Assembly: GCA_042408215.1 (NCBI GenBank)
Contig: JAYFMW010000030.1
Span: forward strand, 480,001-544,000
Length of the DNA stretch: 64,000 nucleotides
Source: Microcoleus sp.
GTDB lineage: Bacteria; Cyanobacteriota; Cyanobacteriia; Cyanobacteriales; Microcoleaceae
Direction: 5' to 3'
Below, one piece after another: positions 51,952 through 60,731 of this stretch. The notes beneath the pieces are model-generated. The model was not told the origin of the DNA, searched no databases, and worked only from the letters and a program-made list of their open reading frames with translations. Positions within the stretch are counted from its first letter, which is position 1. Every line of letters begins with the position of its first letter. A program made the translations under genes and the position numbers.

Positions 51952-52125
51952 TTTGCACCACAGAGGGACAGACGATCGTACAATAGGATCTCCCCACGCG
52001 GGCGATCGCCCATCCTGTATATTGCCCCAAATAAATGCAGTGCCGCCCCCAACCCGCAAAGCCCGCTTGCAGAAAGCACCAAAAATGTGATATGTTTGGA
52101 TATTGTGTCCAAATAACACCAATCC

Positions 52126-52323
52126 ATGCCAAAACTCAAAACTCGCAAAGCAGCCGCAAAGCGCTTTAGAGCGACCGGCACCGGTAAAATTGTGCGCCGC
52201 AAAGCTTACAAAAGCCACTTGCTCTCTCACAAAAGTTCAGCCCGCAAAAGCCGCTTATCTAAATTGGTCGTCATTGATGAGACCAACGACGCTAACGTGC
52301 GGTTAATGCTTCCATACTTGTAA
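52126..52323 (+). CDS. rpmI: 50S ribosomal protein L35
   Basis: '[14 protein letters not shown]'. Confidence 0.98.
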   Translation: MPKLKTRKAAAKRFRATGTGKIVRRKAYKSHLLSHKSSARKSRLSKLVVIDETNDANVRLMLPYL

Positions 52324-52342
52324 AGTTTAACGGAAATTAAAG

Positions 52343-52699
52343 ATGACACGGGTAAAACGCGGTAACGTCGCTAGAGGACGCCGCAAAAAAATTCTCAAAT
52401 TAGCCAAGGGATTCCGAGGCGCACAGTCCAAACAGTTCCGCACAGCTAACCAGCGGGTGATGCAGGCTTTGCGTAACGGTTATCGCGATCGCAAAAAACG
52501 CAAACGCGATTTCCGCCGCCTGTGGATTGCTCGGATTAATGCCGCATCGCGCCAGCACGGCACGAGTTACAGCCAACTCATCGGCAACATGAAGAAAGCC
52601 AATATCGAAATCAACCGCAAAATGCTGGCACAAATGGCAATCATTGACCCGGCAACATTTGGTAAAGTCGTGGAAATGGCCAATCGAGCCAAAGCGTGA
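52343..52699 (+). CDS. rplT: 50S ribosomal protein L20
   Basis: '[11 protein letters not shown]', '[14 protein letters not shown]'. Confidence 0.98.
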   Translation: MTRVKRGNVARGRRKKILKLAKGFRGAQSKQFRTANQRVMQALRNGYRDRKKRKRDFRRLWIARINAASRQHGTSYSQLIGNMKKANIEINRKMLAQMAIIDPATFGKVVEMANRAKA

Positions 52700-53106
52700 A
52701 AACTTGAGCAGTTTTCAGAAGTCAGAAATTTGTAGGGGTAATCTCTGGTGAAAACCCCCTACTTTAGGCGATGTTGCATAAGTCTTAAATGATCCCGCTA
52801 TCTGCCAGAGAAGGAAGACTGTTCTGATTAATCTAGAAGCAGGATACCAACTTTCCTTCTTGGTTCTTACTTCTGGCTTCTGGCTGTTTCAAAATTGGCT
52901 CCTGGGCAATTGCGATCGCCATTTTCCCGCTTTTCCCGCTTTTTGTAAAATTTCACAGGCTCGCCCGATCGCGATTCCTAACGAATTAAAATAAAGAAAA
53001 GCTTCCACATATAGCAAACCCGATCGGTTCCACCGGACGTTATTAATTGCTGAAATCATTGCGGGAAATTGCCCGATCGCATCGACTTCTTGCTTCTTGC
53101 TTCTTG

Positions 53107-53310
53107 CTTCTTCCTGACATCCGTTACATCCGTTACATCCGTTACATCCGTTACAGAATCCGTTGCCGAACTGCCTTCTTCCTGACATCCGTTACATCCG
53201 TTACATCCGTTACATCCGTTACAGAATCCGTTGCCGAACTGCCTTCTTCCTGACCGGCGTTACATCCGTTACATCCGTTACAGAATCCGTTGCCGAACTT
53301 GCTTCTTCCT
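53107..53310. repeat. Hierarchical tandem repeat: 68-bp units containing CATCCGTTA 9-mers
   Basis: Units start at 53107, 53175, 53243 and 53302; the third unit lacks one 9-mer. Confidence 0.9.
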
Positions 53311-53338
53311 TCGGCTATACCTACCTAATTTAAAAAAC

Positions 53339-53869
53339 ATGGATAGCAATTTGCTCATTATTTACTTATCAGTCTTGCTAGCCATCCTCGGCAGTAGTGC
53401 CTGGTTTATTGTGCGCCAGATCCTCAAAACTCGCAAGCGGGAAATGTCCCTAGAACGCTTAGAAAATAAGCTCACTCAAGAGCAAGGAAAAGCACAGGAA
53501 TACTACGAATTGGGCAGTATTTATTTAGACAAAAATCTCTACTCCCAGGCGATCCTACTCTTTCAAAAAGCCCTAAAAGCCCCAGACTTGGAAGGCGAAG
53601 AAAATATAGCGATCATTTACAACGCCCTCGGTTTTGCACACTTCGGCCAAGAACAGTACGACATAGCCATCCGCCAATACAAAGAAGCCCTCAAATTGCA
53701 GCCACAATACGTTACATCTCTCAACAATCTGGGGCACTCCTACGAGCGGAAAAAATTAACAGCTCAAGCCTTAGAAATGTACGAAACAGCCCTCATCTAC
53801 GAACCAGACAATGATACGGCCAAACGGCGAGTAGAGTCACTCCGCAAGCGGTTAGTGATATCTAATTGA
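53339..53869 (+). CDS. ycf37: Ycf37-like TPR protein (photosystem I assembly)
   Basis: N-terminal TM segment, 'RQILKTRKRE', three TPRs; located after rplT. Confidence 0.8.
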   Translation: MDSNLLIIYLSVLLAILGSSAWFIVRQILKTRKREMSLERLENKLTQEQGKAQEYYELGSIYLDKNLYSQAILLFQKALKAPDLEGEENIAIIYNALGFAHFGQEQYDIAIRQYKEALKLQPQYVTSLNNLGHSYERKKLTAQALEMYETALIYEPDNDTAKRRVESLRKRLVISN

Positions 53870-54276
53870 AGGCAGACTTCTTTGATCGCTGCAAAAATAC
53901 AGACCCCGCCAACCTGGTTTCATTCAGAAACCGGGTTTTTTTGTTCCCGTATTCAAAGATCCTAAACAATCAAACAGCTTATACCAATTTAATGGGTCGT
54001 TGCATATATCTCGATCCCCCTCGCATCCCCCTTAATAAGGGAGTAGGGTGTGAGTAGGGGGTGACGAAAGAGCAGAATCTTGTTCCCCCCTTATTAAGGG
54101 GGGTTAGGGGGGATCAGATTCTACGGGGCCTCATAAAAAACTGGTATTAGTTTTTAATAACAGGAATTCCGCAACGGGCGATCGCACTTTTGCCCGCGCG
54201 CGTTGAAACTGCTGTCAAAATAAAAGCAGTACCTGCAACATCGGTCAGTCCTAAACAATTAAAGGAGGAGAACGTA

Positions 54277-54654
54277 GTGACATCAATTCTCGTTGTCGAA
54301 GATTCGTGGTTGACTCGCAGGGTAATCTGCAAAATCCTGCGAGCAGAAGGATACGAGACTTGGGAAGCGTCTTGCGGGCCAGAAGCTTTAGAAATGCTCA
54401 GCACTCAGACCCCAAACTGTATGCTGTTAGATCTGCTGATGCCGGAGATGGAAGGTCGGGAAGTCCTGCAAGCCATGGGAGAGAAGGGGTTTAAAATACC
54501 AGTGATCGTAATTACCGCAGACATCCAATCCACCACCCGCTCCGAGTGCATGGAACTCGGAGCCCTAGCAGTCATTCACAAAATGCCCAACTCAGACGAA
54601 CTAATCGGCTGGATCAAAAAAGCCCTCAGTGCTAGCGAGGAGAGCGCCCCATGA
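54277..54654 (+). CDS. Single-domain response regulator (CheY-like)
   Basis: GGAGG RBS before GTG; 'ILVVEDS', 'LLDLLMP', 'VITAD', 'HKMP'. Confidence 0.9.
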   Translation: MTSILVVEDSWLTRRVICKILRAEGYETWEASCGPEALEMLSTQTPNCMLLDLLMPEMEGREVLQAMGEKGFKIPVIVITADIQSTTRSECMELGALAVIHKMPNSDELIGWIKKALSASEESAP

Positions 54655-55259
54655 AATTGACCGCTCGACAGCTCGATGCTTTGCAGGAACTCGTCAACAT
54701 CGGTATCGGTCAAGCAGCAGGGATCTTGAACGATATGATCGACTCCCCCATTCGCTTGCAAATCCCCTACCTCCAAATCTTGTCTCCCACGGATGTGCAA
54801 GAAGAGTTAGAGATCCACCTCGACGGCGAGCAAATCGCCGCCGTCCAGCTCAAATTCACAGGTTCCTTTGGAGGCATTGCTCAGCTAGTCTTTCCCACCA
54901 ATAGCGCAGCGATGCTGGTGACGATGCTGACTGGGGAAGAAATCGGCTCTCACGACCTGGATTCAGTCAAAATTGGTACGCTGAGTGAAGTGGGAAATAT
55001 TGTAATCAACGGGGTTATGGGTGCTATCAGCAATGTACTTCAGCAGCGCTTGAACTACTCAATTCCCAGTTATACCGAAGGGACGATCGCTACCTTGCTG
55101 ACATCAGGTGGCTTATCTACTGATACAGTCGTTTTATTAGCCCAGACTCGTTTCATTATTGAAAGGCTTCACATTGAAGGAGATATCATCCTCATTTTCA
55201 ATGTCAATTCCTTTGACACCTTGTTGACTGCGATCGATCAACTTGCCGGGGGTCTATGA
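54651..55259 (+). CDS. cheC: CheC-like phosphatase
   Basis: Two E-x-x-N motifs ('QELVNIG', 'SEVGNI'); ATGA overlap with the upstream gene. Confidence 0.85.
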   Translation: MKLTARQLDALQELVNIGIGQAAGILNDMIDSPIRLQIPYLQILSPTDVQEELEIHLDGEQIAAVQLKFTGSFGGIAQLVFPTNSAAMLVTMLTGEEIGSHDLDSVKIGTLSEVGNIVINGVMGAISNVLQQRLNYSIPSYTEGTIATLLTSGGLSTDTVVLLAQTRFIIERLHIEGDIILIFNVNSFDTLLTAIDQLAGGL

Positions 55260-57469
55260 GCCAAGAAAGCAAAACTATTGAGGACAAGTTTGGGGTGCTC
55301 GACAGCGTACCAGTCGGCGCTTGCTTGCTGCGAGATGATTTTGTGGTGCTGTTTTGGAACACTTGTCTGGAAGACTGGACAAAAATTCCCCGCAGCCAAA
55401 TCTTGGGAACCAAGATCACAACCCATTTTCCTCACCTAAACCAGCTAAAGTACGCAAATCGCTTCCAGCAAATCTTTGCAGGAGGCCCGCCAACAATTTT
55501 TTCTTCTCAAATTCACAAATACCTGATTCCGGCAACTTGGCAAGACGGCCAGCAGCGCATCCAGCAAACTACTGTAACGGCAGTGCCTGCTGGGCAGGCG
55601 ATAGTTGCAGAACAGGAGATTAGAGACTTGGTTCGATCGACTCTGGAGTTGGAACCAGACGTTACTGTCGGAGTCGGAGAACCAACAACTGCTTTTTTGG
55701 ATTGGGAATCTCCACCCGTAGGGGCATCGGCATTGCCGTGCCCGCCTCCAACTTGCCCGGTGACTAATTCCCAATCGTTCTACGCGCTGCTGGTGATTCA
55801 GGACGTGACCGACCTCACGCAACGCATCCAAGCTTACCGCACCATGCGGGATCAGGCTTTGGAAGAAGTGAAAGTGCGCCAGCGGGTAGAGGAAGAATTG
55901 CGATCGAGCCAGCATTTCATCCAGCAGATTGCTGACGCAGCGCCTTATTTGCTGTATATCTACGACTTGACCGAACAGCGCAACGTCTACGTCAACGGTC
56001 AAGCTTCTAAGTTACTGGGCTACACGCCACAGGAAATTCTACAGATGGAAACGGCTTTGTATTCCAGTTTGGTGTACCCAGAAGATTTGCCGAGGATGTC
56101 CGAGCACCTGGAACAATTTCCCTCGGCCCAGGACGGCTGCATTGTGGAGTTGGAGTATCGCCTCAAACATCGATCGGGCGAATGGCGCCACTTTCGCTGT
56201 CGCGACCAAGTTTTCGCCCGCACAACCGAGGGCTGGCCCAAACAAATTTTTGGTACTGCTCAAGATATCACAGAGTACAAGCGGGCAGAAGAGGCGCTGC
56301 GACAGCAGAAGGAACGGGAACAGTTGATGGCGACGATTACTCAGCACATCCGCCAGTCTTTGGATTTAGGCGAAGTGCTCAGCACGACAGTCAACGAAGT
56401 GCGCCAGTTTCTGCAAGCCGATCGGGTGATGATCGTCCGCTTTAACCCCTGTACAGGCAGCCTCTGCGCGGCGCCGGCAACGGGGGCGGTGACAGTGGAA
56501 TCTGTAGCTCCTAACTGCCGGCCGATGCTGGGGGAAACGCTGGAAAATTTCTGTTTTGACGAGTTCTATTTGGAAGCTTACCAACATCGGGCGATCCGAC
56601 CGATCGCAGATATCTGCGCCGCCGATTTACCACAATATCAAATTGATTTGCTCGCACAATTTGATGTCAAAGCTTATTTAGTAGTGCCGCTGGTACAGGG
56701 GGAGGATTTGTGGGGGCTGCTGATGGCTCACCAGTGCAGCCCCAGACAGTGGAGCCAGTTGGAGGTCGAGTTGCTGTCTTCTTTGGCCGCCCAGTTGGCG
56801 ATCGCCATCAAGCAAGCAGAACTTTACCAGCAGTTGCAGGCGGCCAATCTCAAATTAGAGCGCTTGGCCACTTCGGACGAACTCACGCAGCTAGCAAACC
56901 GACGCCGGTTCGACCAATATCTGGAAACAGAGTGGCGCCGACTGTTGCGGGAACAAACACCCCTGTCCCTAATTCTTTGCGATATTGATTATTTTAAGAG
57001 TTATAACGATACCTACGGGCATCCAGGTGGAGACGAATGTTTGCGACAAGTCGCCCGGGCGATCGGCGATGCAGTCCATCGCCCCGCCGATTTGGTGGCT
57101 CGCTACGGAGGCGAAGAATTTGCCGTTATTTTGCCGAATACTAAGATTCAAGGGGCTGTGCAAGTAGCCGAACGCATACGATTCAAAATCGCAGCTTTGC
57201 AGCTTCCTCACGCAGGTTCTCAGGTCAGTCAGTACGTCACCCTCAGTTTGGGCGTAGCGAGTGTGGTTCCTGGATCTGAATCGGGAGCCGAAATTCTGAT
57301 TGCCGCCTCTGACCAAGCCCTATACCAAGCAAAAAGACTTGGGCGCGATCGCATCCAACTGTACCAGCCAGACCCTGCTTCTGGCAAGCCGAACGGAACA
57401 ACAACTCCCATACTCCCTGTAGATTTTTCCCTACCCAATAATAATTTTCCCTCTCCCACAAGCGCTTGA
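55256..57469 (+). CDS. PAS-PAS-GAF-GGDEF diguanylate cyclase
   Basis: 'RPADLVARYGGEEF' (RxxD I-site plus active motif), 'DIDYFK'; PAS and GAF signatures. Confidence 0.93.
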   Translation: MSQESKTIEDKFGVLDSVPVGACLLRDDFVVLFWNTCLEDWTKIPRSQILGTKITTHFPHLNQLKYANRFQQIFAGGPPTIFSSQIHKYLIPATWQDGQQRIQQTTVTAVPAGQAIVAEQEIRDLVRSTLELEPDVTVGVGEPTTAFLDWESPPVGASALPCPPPTCPVTNSQSFYALLVIQDVTDLTQRIQAYRTMRDQALEEVKVRQRVEEELRSSQHFIQQIADAAPYLLYIYDLTEQRNVYVNGQASKLLGYTPQEILQMETALYSSLVYPEDLPRMSEHLEQFPSAQDGCIVELEYRLKHRSGEWRHFRCRDQVFARTTEGWPKQIFGTAQDITEYKRAEEALRQQKEREQLMATITQHIRQSLDLGEVLSTTVNEVRQFLQADRVMIVRFNPCTGSLCAAPATGAVTVESVAPNCRPMLGETLENFCFDEFYLEAYQHRAIRPIADICAADLPQYQIDLLAQFDVKAYLVVPLVQGEDLWGLLMAHQCSPRQWSQLEVELLSSLAAQLAIAIKQAELYQQLQAANLKLERLATSDELTQLANRRRFDQYLETEWRRLLREQTPLSLILCDIDYFKSYNDTYGHPGGDECLRQVARAIGDAVHRPADLVARYGGEEFAVILPNTKIQGAVQVAERIRFKIAALQLPHAGSQVSQYVTLSLGVASVVPGSESGAEILIAASDQALYQAKRLGRDRIQLYQPDPASGKPNGTTTPILPVDFSLPNNNFPSPTSA

Positions 57470-57716
57470 CTTTTTCGAGTATTTGTGCATCAGGAGTTAG
57501 ATCGCATCCGGTTGAACCGGAATGATTGTTGACGGTTGACAGTTAACAGTTAACAGTTAACAGTTAACAGTTAACAGTTAACAGTTAACTCAAATTTACT
57601 ATTCCGATGAAGAGAGGATTTGATATTAGATCGCATCCGATTGAACCGGAATGATTAAACCGCAGAGGACACAGAGGACACAGAGGAAGAGAACAGAGAG
57701 CTCCATGATTCCGATG

Positions 57717-58364
57717 TCAACGGAATTGCTCTGATTCCTTCGCGGACTCAAGACGGGAGTAATTCTTAACTTGAAGTTCTAAAATCTCCCGCGGAAGGCG
57801 GGATTGAATGTTAATGTTTTGAATCGTACTCAGCTCACCGTTAATATTTCTTAACAGTTTTAATTGACCTTTTGCTTGCAATTTTAATTCAAAACTTTGG
57901 GTGTCTACGGTCGTTTTATAAATGCTTTCTAGCACGTTAATCTGATTAATTATGTGAACCGTTGTGATTTCTTGGCTTTGATAGCTAGTAGAGGCAGTAA
58001 TGTTATACTCTTGCAGCAAGTCTTCGGAGTTAGTTAAGATAATCCCAAAGATGAGAGAGGCGAATTTTTCAACATTTTCTAAATTAGTGTCGTAGATCTC
58101 AATAAAAAACTCTTGCTCAAATTCCCGCATTACAGTTATTTCTTGGCGGTTTTCCTCTGGGTACTGCTTGAGAGATTTTAAGTTTCTCATGCTTTGATCT
58201 AGGGTAAACTTACCTAAATAAACACTAATTTGGGGAAATGGTTCTGAAGGAGATTCCCTTAACTGTTTAGTGGTAAAATGTTGGTCTGACTGAGGAATGT
58301 CTGCACTCAGTTCGGTTTTCAGCAGGTTGGCGATCGCCGTCAGTAGCTTATAAATCATAATCAA
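57717..58364 (-). CDS. Hypothetical protein of the contractile injection system locus (possible cap/terminator-like)
   Basis: Co-oriented last gene of the tail locus; the N-terminal helix and 'PQISVY' loosely recall Pvc16-type proteins. Function is uncertain. Confidence 0.5.
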   Translation of the reverse strand: MIMIYKLLTAIANLLKTELSADIPQSDQHFTTKQLRESPSEPFPQISVYLGKFTLDQSMRNLKSLKQYPEENRQEITVMREFEQEFFIEIYDTNLENVEKFASLIFGIILTNSEDLLQEYNITASTSYQSQEITTVHIINQINVLESIYKTTVDTQSFELKLQAKGQLKLLRNINGELSTIQNINIQSRLPREILELQVKNYSRLESAKESEQFR

Positions 58365-58370
58365 TCAAAA

Positions 58371-58631
58371 TTAGCTTTGACTACTTTGGGGAGAGACTTC
58401 TCTAGCGGGGGTTTCAGAATCGAGAGCATAAGTATTTTCCGAGGGAGTGTGGATTGTATTGCTGTCAGCTTTGACCAGTTCTTCTTCCAACACTTGAATT
58501 GCACCAGCCATGCGAAGTAAAGTATCTCTCACATTGGCTTGTTTTGCCTCTAAATCCGCTAGGACTTTTTTACCCGATTCGTATTCGGCTTTGAGTTCTT
58601 GCAGACGTTGTTGGAGTTGTTGTTTCATCAC
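58371..58631 (-). CDS. Small coiled-coil protein
   Basis: Heptad pattern 'LQQRLQELKAEY...LLRMAGAIQVLEEEL'. Confidence 0.75.
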   Translation of the reverse strand: MMKQQLQQRLQELKAEYESGKKVLADLEAKQANVRDTLLRMAGAIQVLEEELVKADSNTIHTPSENTYALDSETPAREVSPQSSQS

Positions 58632-58715
58632 AGTTTTACATCAATTACCTACATCATATCGTTTCCGGTTGCATCGGAATGATAGCAACTCTGGACACTC
58701 CAAAAGCCCTTCTTC

Positions 58716-58955
58716 GTGTCAACTTAACGTCAAACCCAGTCAGAGAGTGTTGTTTGACGATTGGGTCCAGATCCCCCGCATTCTTGCCCCCTACTCAACC
58801 CCTACTCACACCCTACTCCCTTAAGAAGGGAAGTAGGGGAGTAGGGGGTGTGGGACAAGATTCCGATCAAAGTCCCCCTTCTTAAGGGGGATTTAGGGGG
58901 ATCTAGACTCGAATAAAAACCTGATTTATCAAGGGTTTTAGGCTTAAGTTGACAC
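58716..58955. mobile_element. MITE with inverted repeat GTGTCAACTTAA...TTAAGTTGACAC (second copy)
   Basis: Perfect 12-bp terminal inverted repeat; homologous to 4991-5200. Confidence 0.8.
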
Positions 58956-58975
58956 CTATGGGCAGTGCCGTTTCC

Positions 58976-59181
58976 CTACTCCAAAATAATCGTAGCACTC
59001 GCAGAGGGCTCCCAGCCATCGTCTTCGCTCGGATGTAACCATCGCCCGATTAATGGTATCGGTCAATCCTGGACGTTTCTAGCCGGACGATTTCCTGCAT
59101 GGCTGCATTCCAGTCTGCCGATCGAACTGGATCGCCTGTTTTTTTGACTTCGGGTGTGAATTTAGTGCCGTTGTTGGTCAT
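58976..59181 (-). pseudogene. Remnant of a second tail-fibre-like gene
   Basis: ORF 59050-59181 reads MTNNGTKFTPEVKKTGDPVRSADWNAAMQEIVRLETSRIDRYH and aligns with the first ~41 aa of the upstream fibre; a short possible C-terminal piece follows in another frame. Confidence 0.75.
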
Positions 59182-59232
59182 TGTTGGATTTTCCCAAAAT
59201 TGTTAATTATTTAACTTATTGTTGGTCATTAT

Positions 59233-60156
59233 TTATAGCTTCATAATGAAAGCAAGGGCATAATATGGAGGTCTGTTTTCGTGTGCTTGATTACCACCTA
59301 CAGTAGTAGTATCGAAGTCCCAGAGGGGAGAATCGTTATTATTTGCTGGGAAATTCCCACCCCCATCGATAGATGTGACAATGTGTGAATATCTGTGACT
59401 GTGGGCGGGCATTTGTGCAACGGTAAGAGTTACAGTAGCAGCACCACCTGTAGATGCTACTGCATAACTATTACCAGCACCTACAATAAATCTATCTCTC
59501 AAATCTGGTGTGCCATTTTGACCATTACAAAGCGCCCATCCTGTAGGAATTTGCTCGACAGGCCCGGACCACATCACAATTATTCCTTTGACAATCGCAC
59601 CGTCACCAATAAAAGCTGGCGCGACGATCGCATTATTCACAACCAAGTTCTTTGTAGAATGTCTTGAACTGATTGTGCCAAAAACAGTAATCAGATCTCT
59701 ATCTTCATTACCGAGTTCGACATTGCCCTCCATCTTTTGGATATCTTTCGATATCACCTCTCCGTCCACGGTAAGTTTGCCATATACCCGCACATCTTTG
59801 GCTTTAAAATCTTGATTTTCACTCCCTTGAACAGCCCTATCTACATAAGCTTTAACAGCTTTTTGAGTCGGAACAATAGTATCTCTATTATTGCTGAGAC
59901 TCTCATCATTAGAAAACTGATTGACAGCCACTCCATCGGCCAACTTTAAAGCACCTTTAACTTCTAATTGCACGCTAGTAACTGCTAATGCCGATTCGAT
60001 CGTCAGAGGGCCCTGTAAAGAATCCCCGCCCTTTCGGTTAACTTTCGCACTCTCTAAGCGGACTGTTTCCTGCATTCCCGCATTCCATTCATCAGACAAA
60101 ATTAAATCGCCTGGTTTTTTATGTTGGGGAGCAAATTTGCCGTTATTGGTAGTCAT
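59233..60156 (-). CDS. Tail fibre protein with phage tail collar domain
   Basis: 'GIIVMWSG...IPTGWALCNGQNGTPDLRDRFIVGAG', 'LTVAQMPAHSH', 'HENRPPYYALAFIMK'. Confidence 0.88.
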   Translation of the reverse strand: MTTNNGKFAPQHKKPGDLILSDEWNAGMQETVRLESAKVNRKGGDSLQGPLTIESALAVTSVQLEVKGALKLADGVAVNQFSNDESLSNNRDTIVPTQKAVKAYVDRAVQGSENQDFKAKDVRVYGKLTVDGEVISKDIQKMEGNVELGNEDRDLITVFGTISSRHSTKNLVVNNAIVAPAFIGDGAIVKGIIVMWSGPVEQIPTGWALCNGQNGTPDLRDRFIVGAGNSYAVASTGGAATVTLTVAQMPAHSHRYSHIVTSIDGGGNFPANNNDSPLWDFDTTTVGGNQAHENRPPYYALAFIMKL

Positions 60157-60191
60157 TATTTTTACCTATCCTGAATTTTTGAATCGCCAAT

Positions 60192-60707
60192 TTAAAAAAT
60201 GATTTCCCAAACTAAAGTCAGCTTGAAATCAGCCGTTTTAGTAATGTTGGGAAATACGACTCGATTGTACATAATTCCCCCTTGGGCGCTATTAAATAGT
60301 CCGGCTTCAGTCAAAGCTAGCGGTTGATTGGGGGGTTCGGCAAAGTCTAAGTCAACGCACAATCTCACCTTGCGATTTTTTTGTCTGACGGTTCCGCTTT
60401 CAACTTTAATCGGGATTTCATCGGCATCGCTTAAATCTCTGGCAAGATCCAGGGGTTTGACTTCTTTGCGAAATACTTCTTTTTGCAATGCGGTATCTTC
60501 AACTGGATTCACCGGATTACTCCCAGTACCGATCGCCAGATAACGGATCGGCTCGATTTTTTGATTTAAAAACATTTTCGCAACTAAATCTCGTCCGCTA
60601 TAGACGATGAAATTATTGGCTTTAACTTCATCGACAAGTTCACCTGCGGGATTAAATTGTTGGATAATCAATCGTCCTTTCATGTCCATTGCATCAGCCA
60701 TTTTCAT
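60192..60707 (-). CDS. Phage tail-fibre attachment-like protein
   Basis: 'N.IVYSGRD', 'YLAIGTG', 'LTEAGLFN', 'YNRVVF..ITKT' resemble baseplate-proximal fibre N-terminal domains. Confidence 0.7.
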   Translation of the reverse strand: MKMADAMDMKGRLIIQQFNPAGELVDEVKANNFIVYSGRDLVAKMFLNQKIEPIRYLAIGTGSNPVNPVEDTALQKEVFRKEVKPLDLARDLSDADEIPIKVESGTVRQKNRKVRLCVDLDFAEPPNQPLALTEAGLFNSAQGGIMYNRVVFPNITKTADFKLTLVWEIIF

Positions 60708-60731
60708 AGTTTTAGTTTCCTCAATTGGTAG

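Noticed and set aside
53107..53310. Possible CRISPR or repeat-protein gene
   Set aside because: No spacers; the ORFs are translations of the 9-mer.
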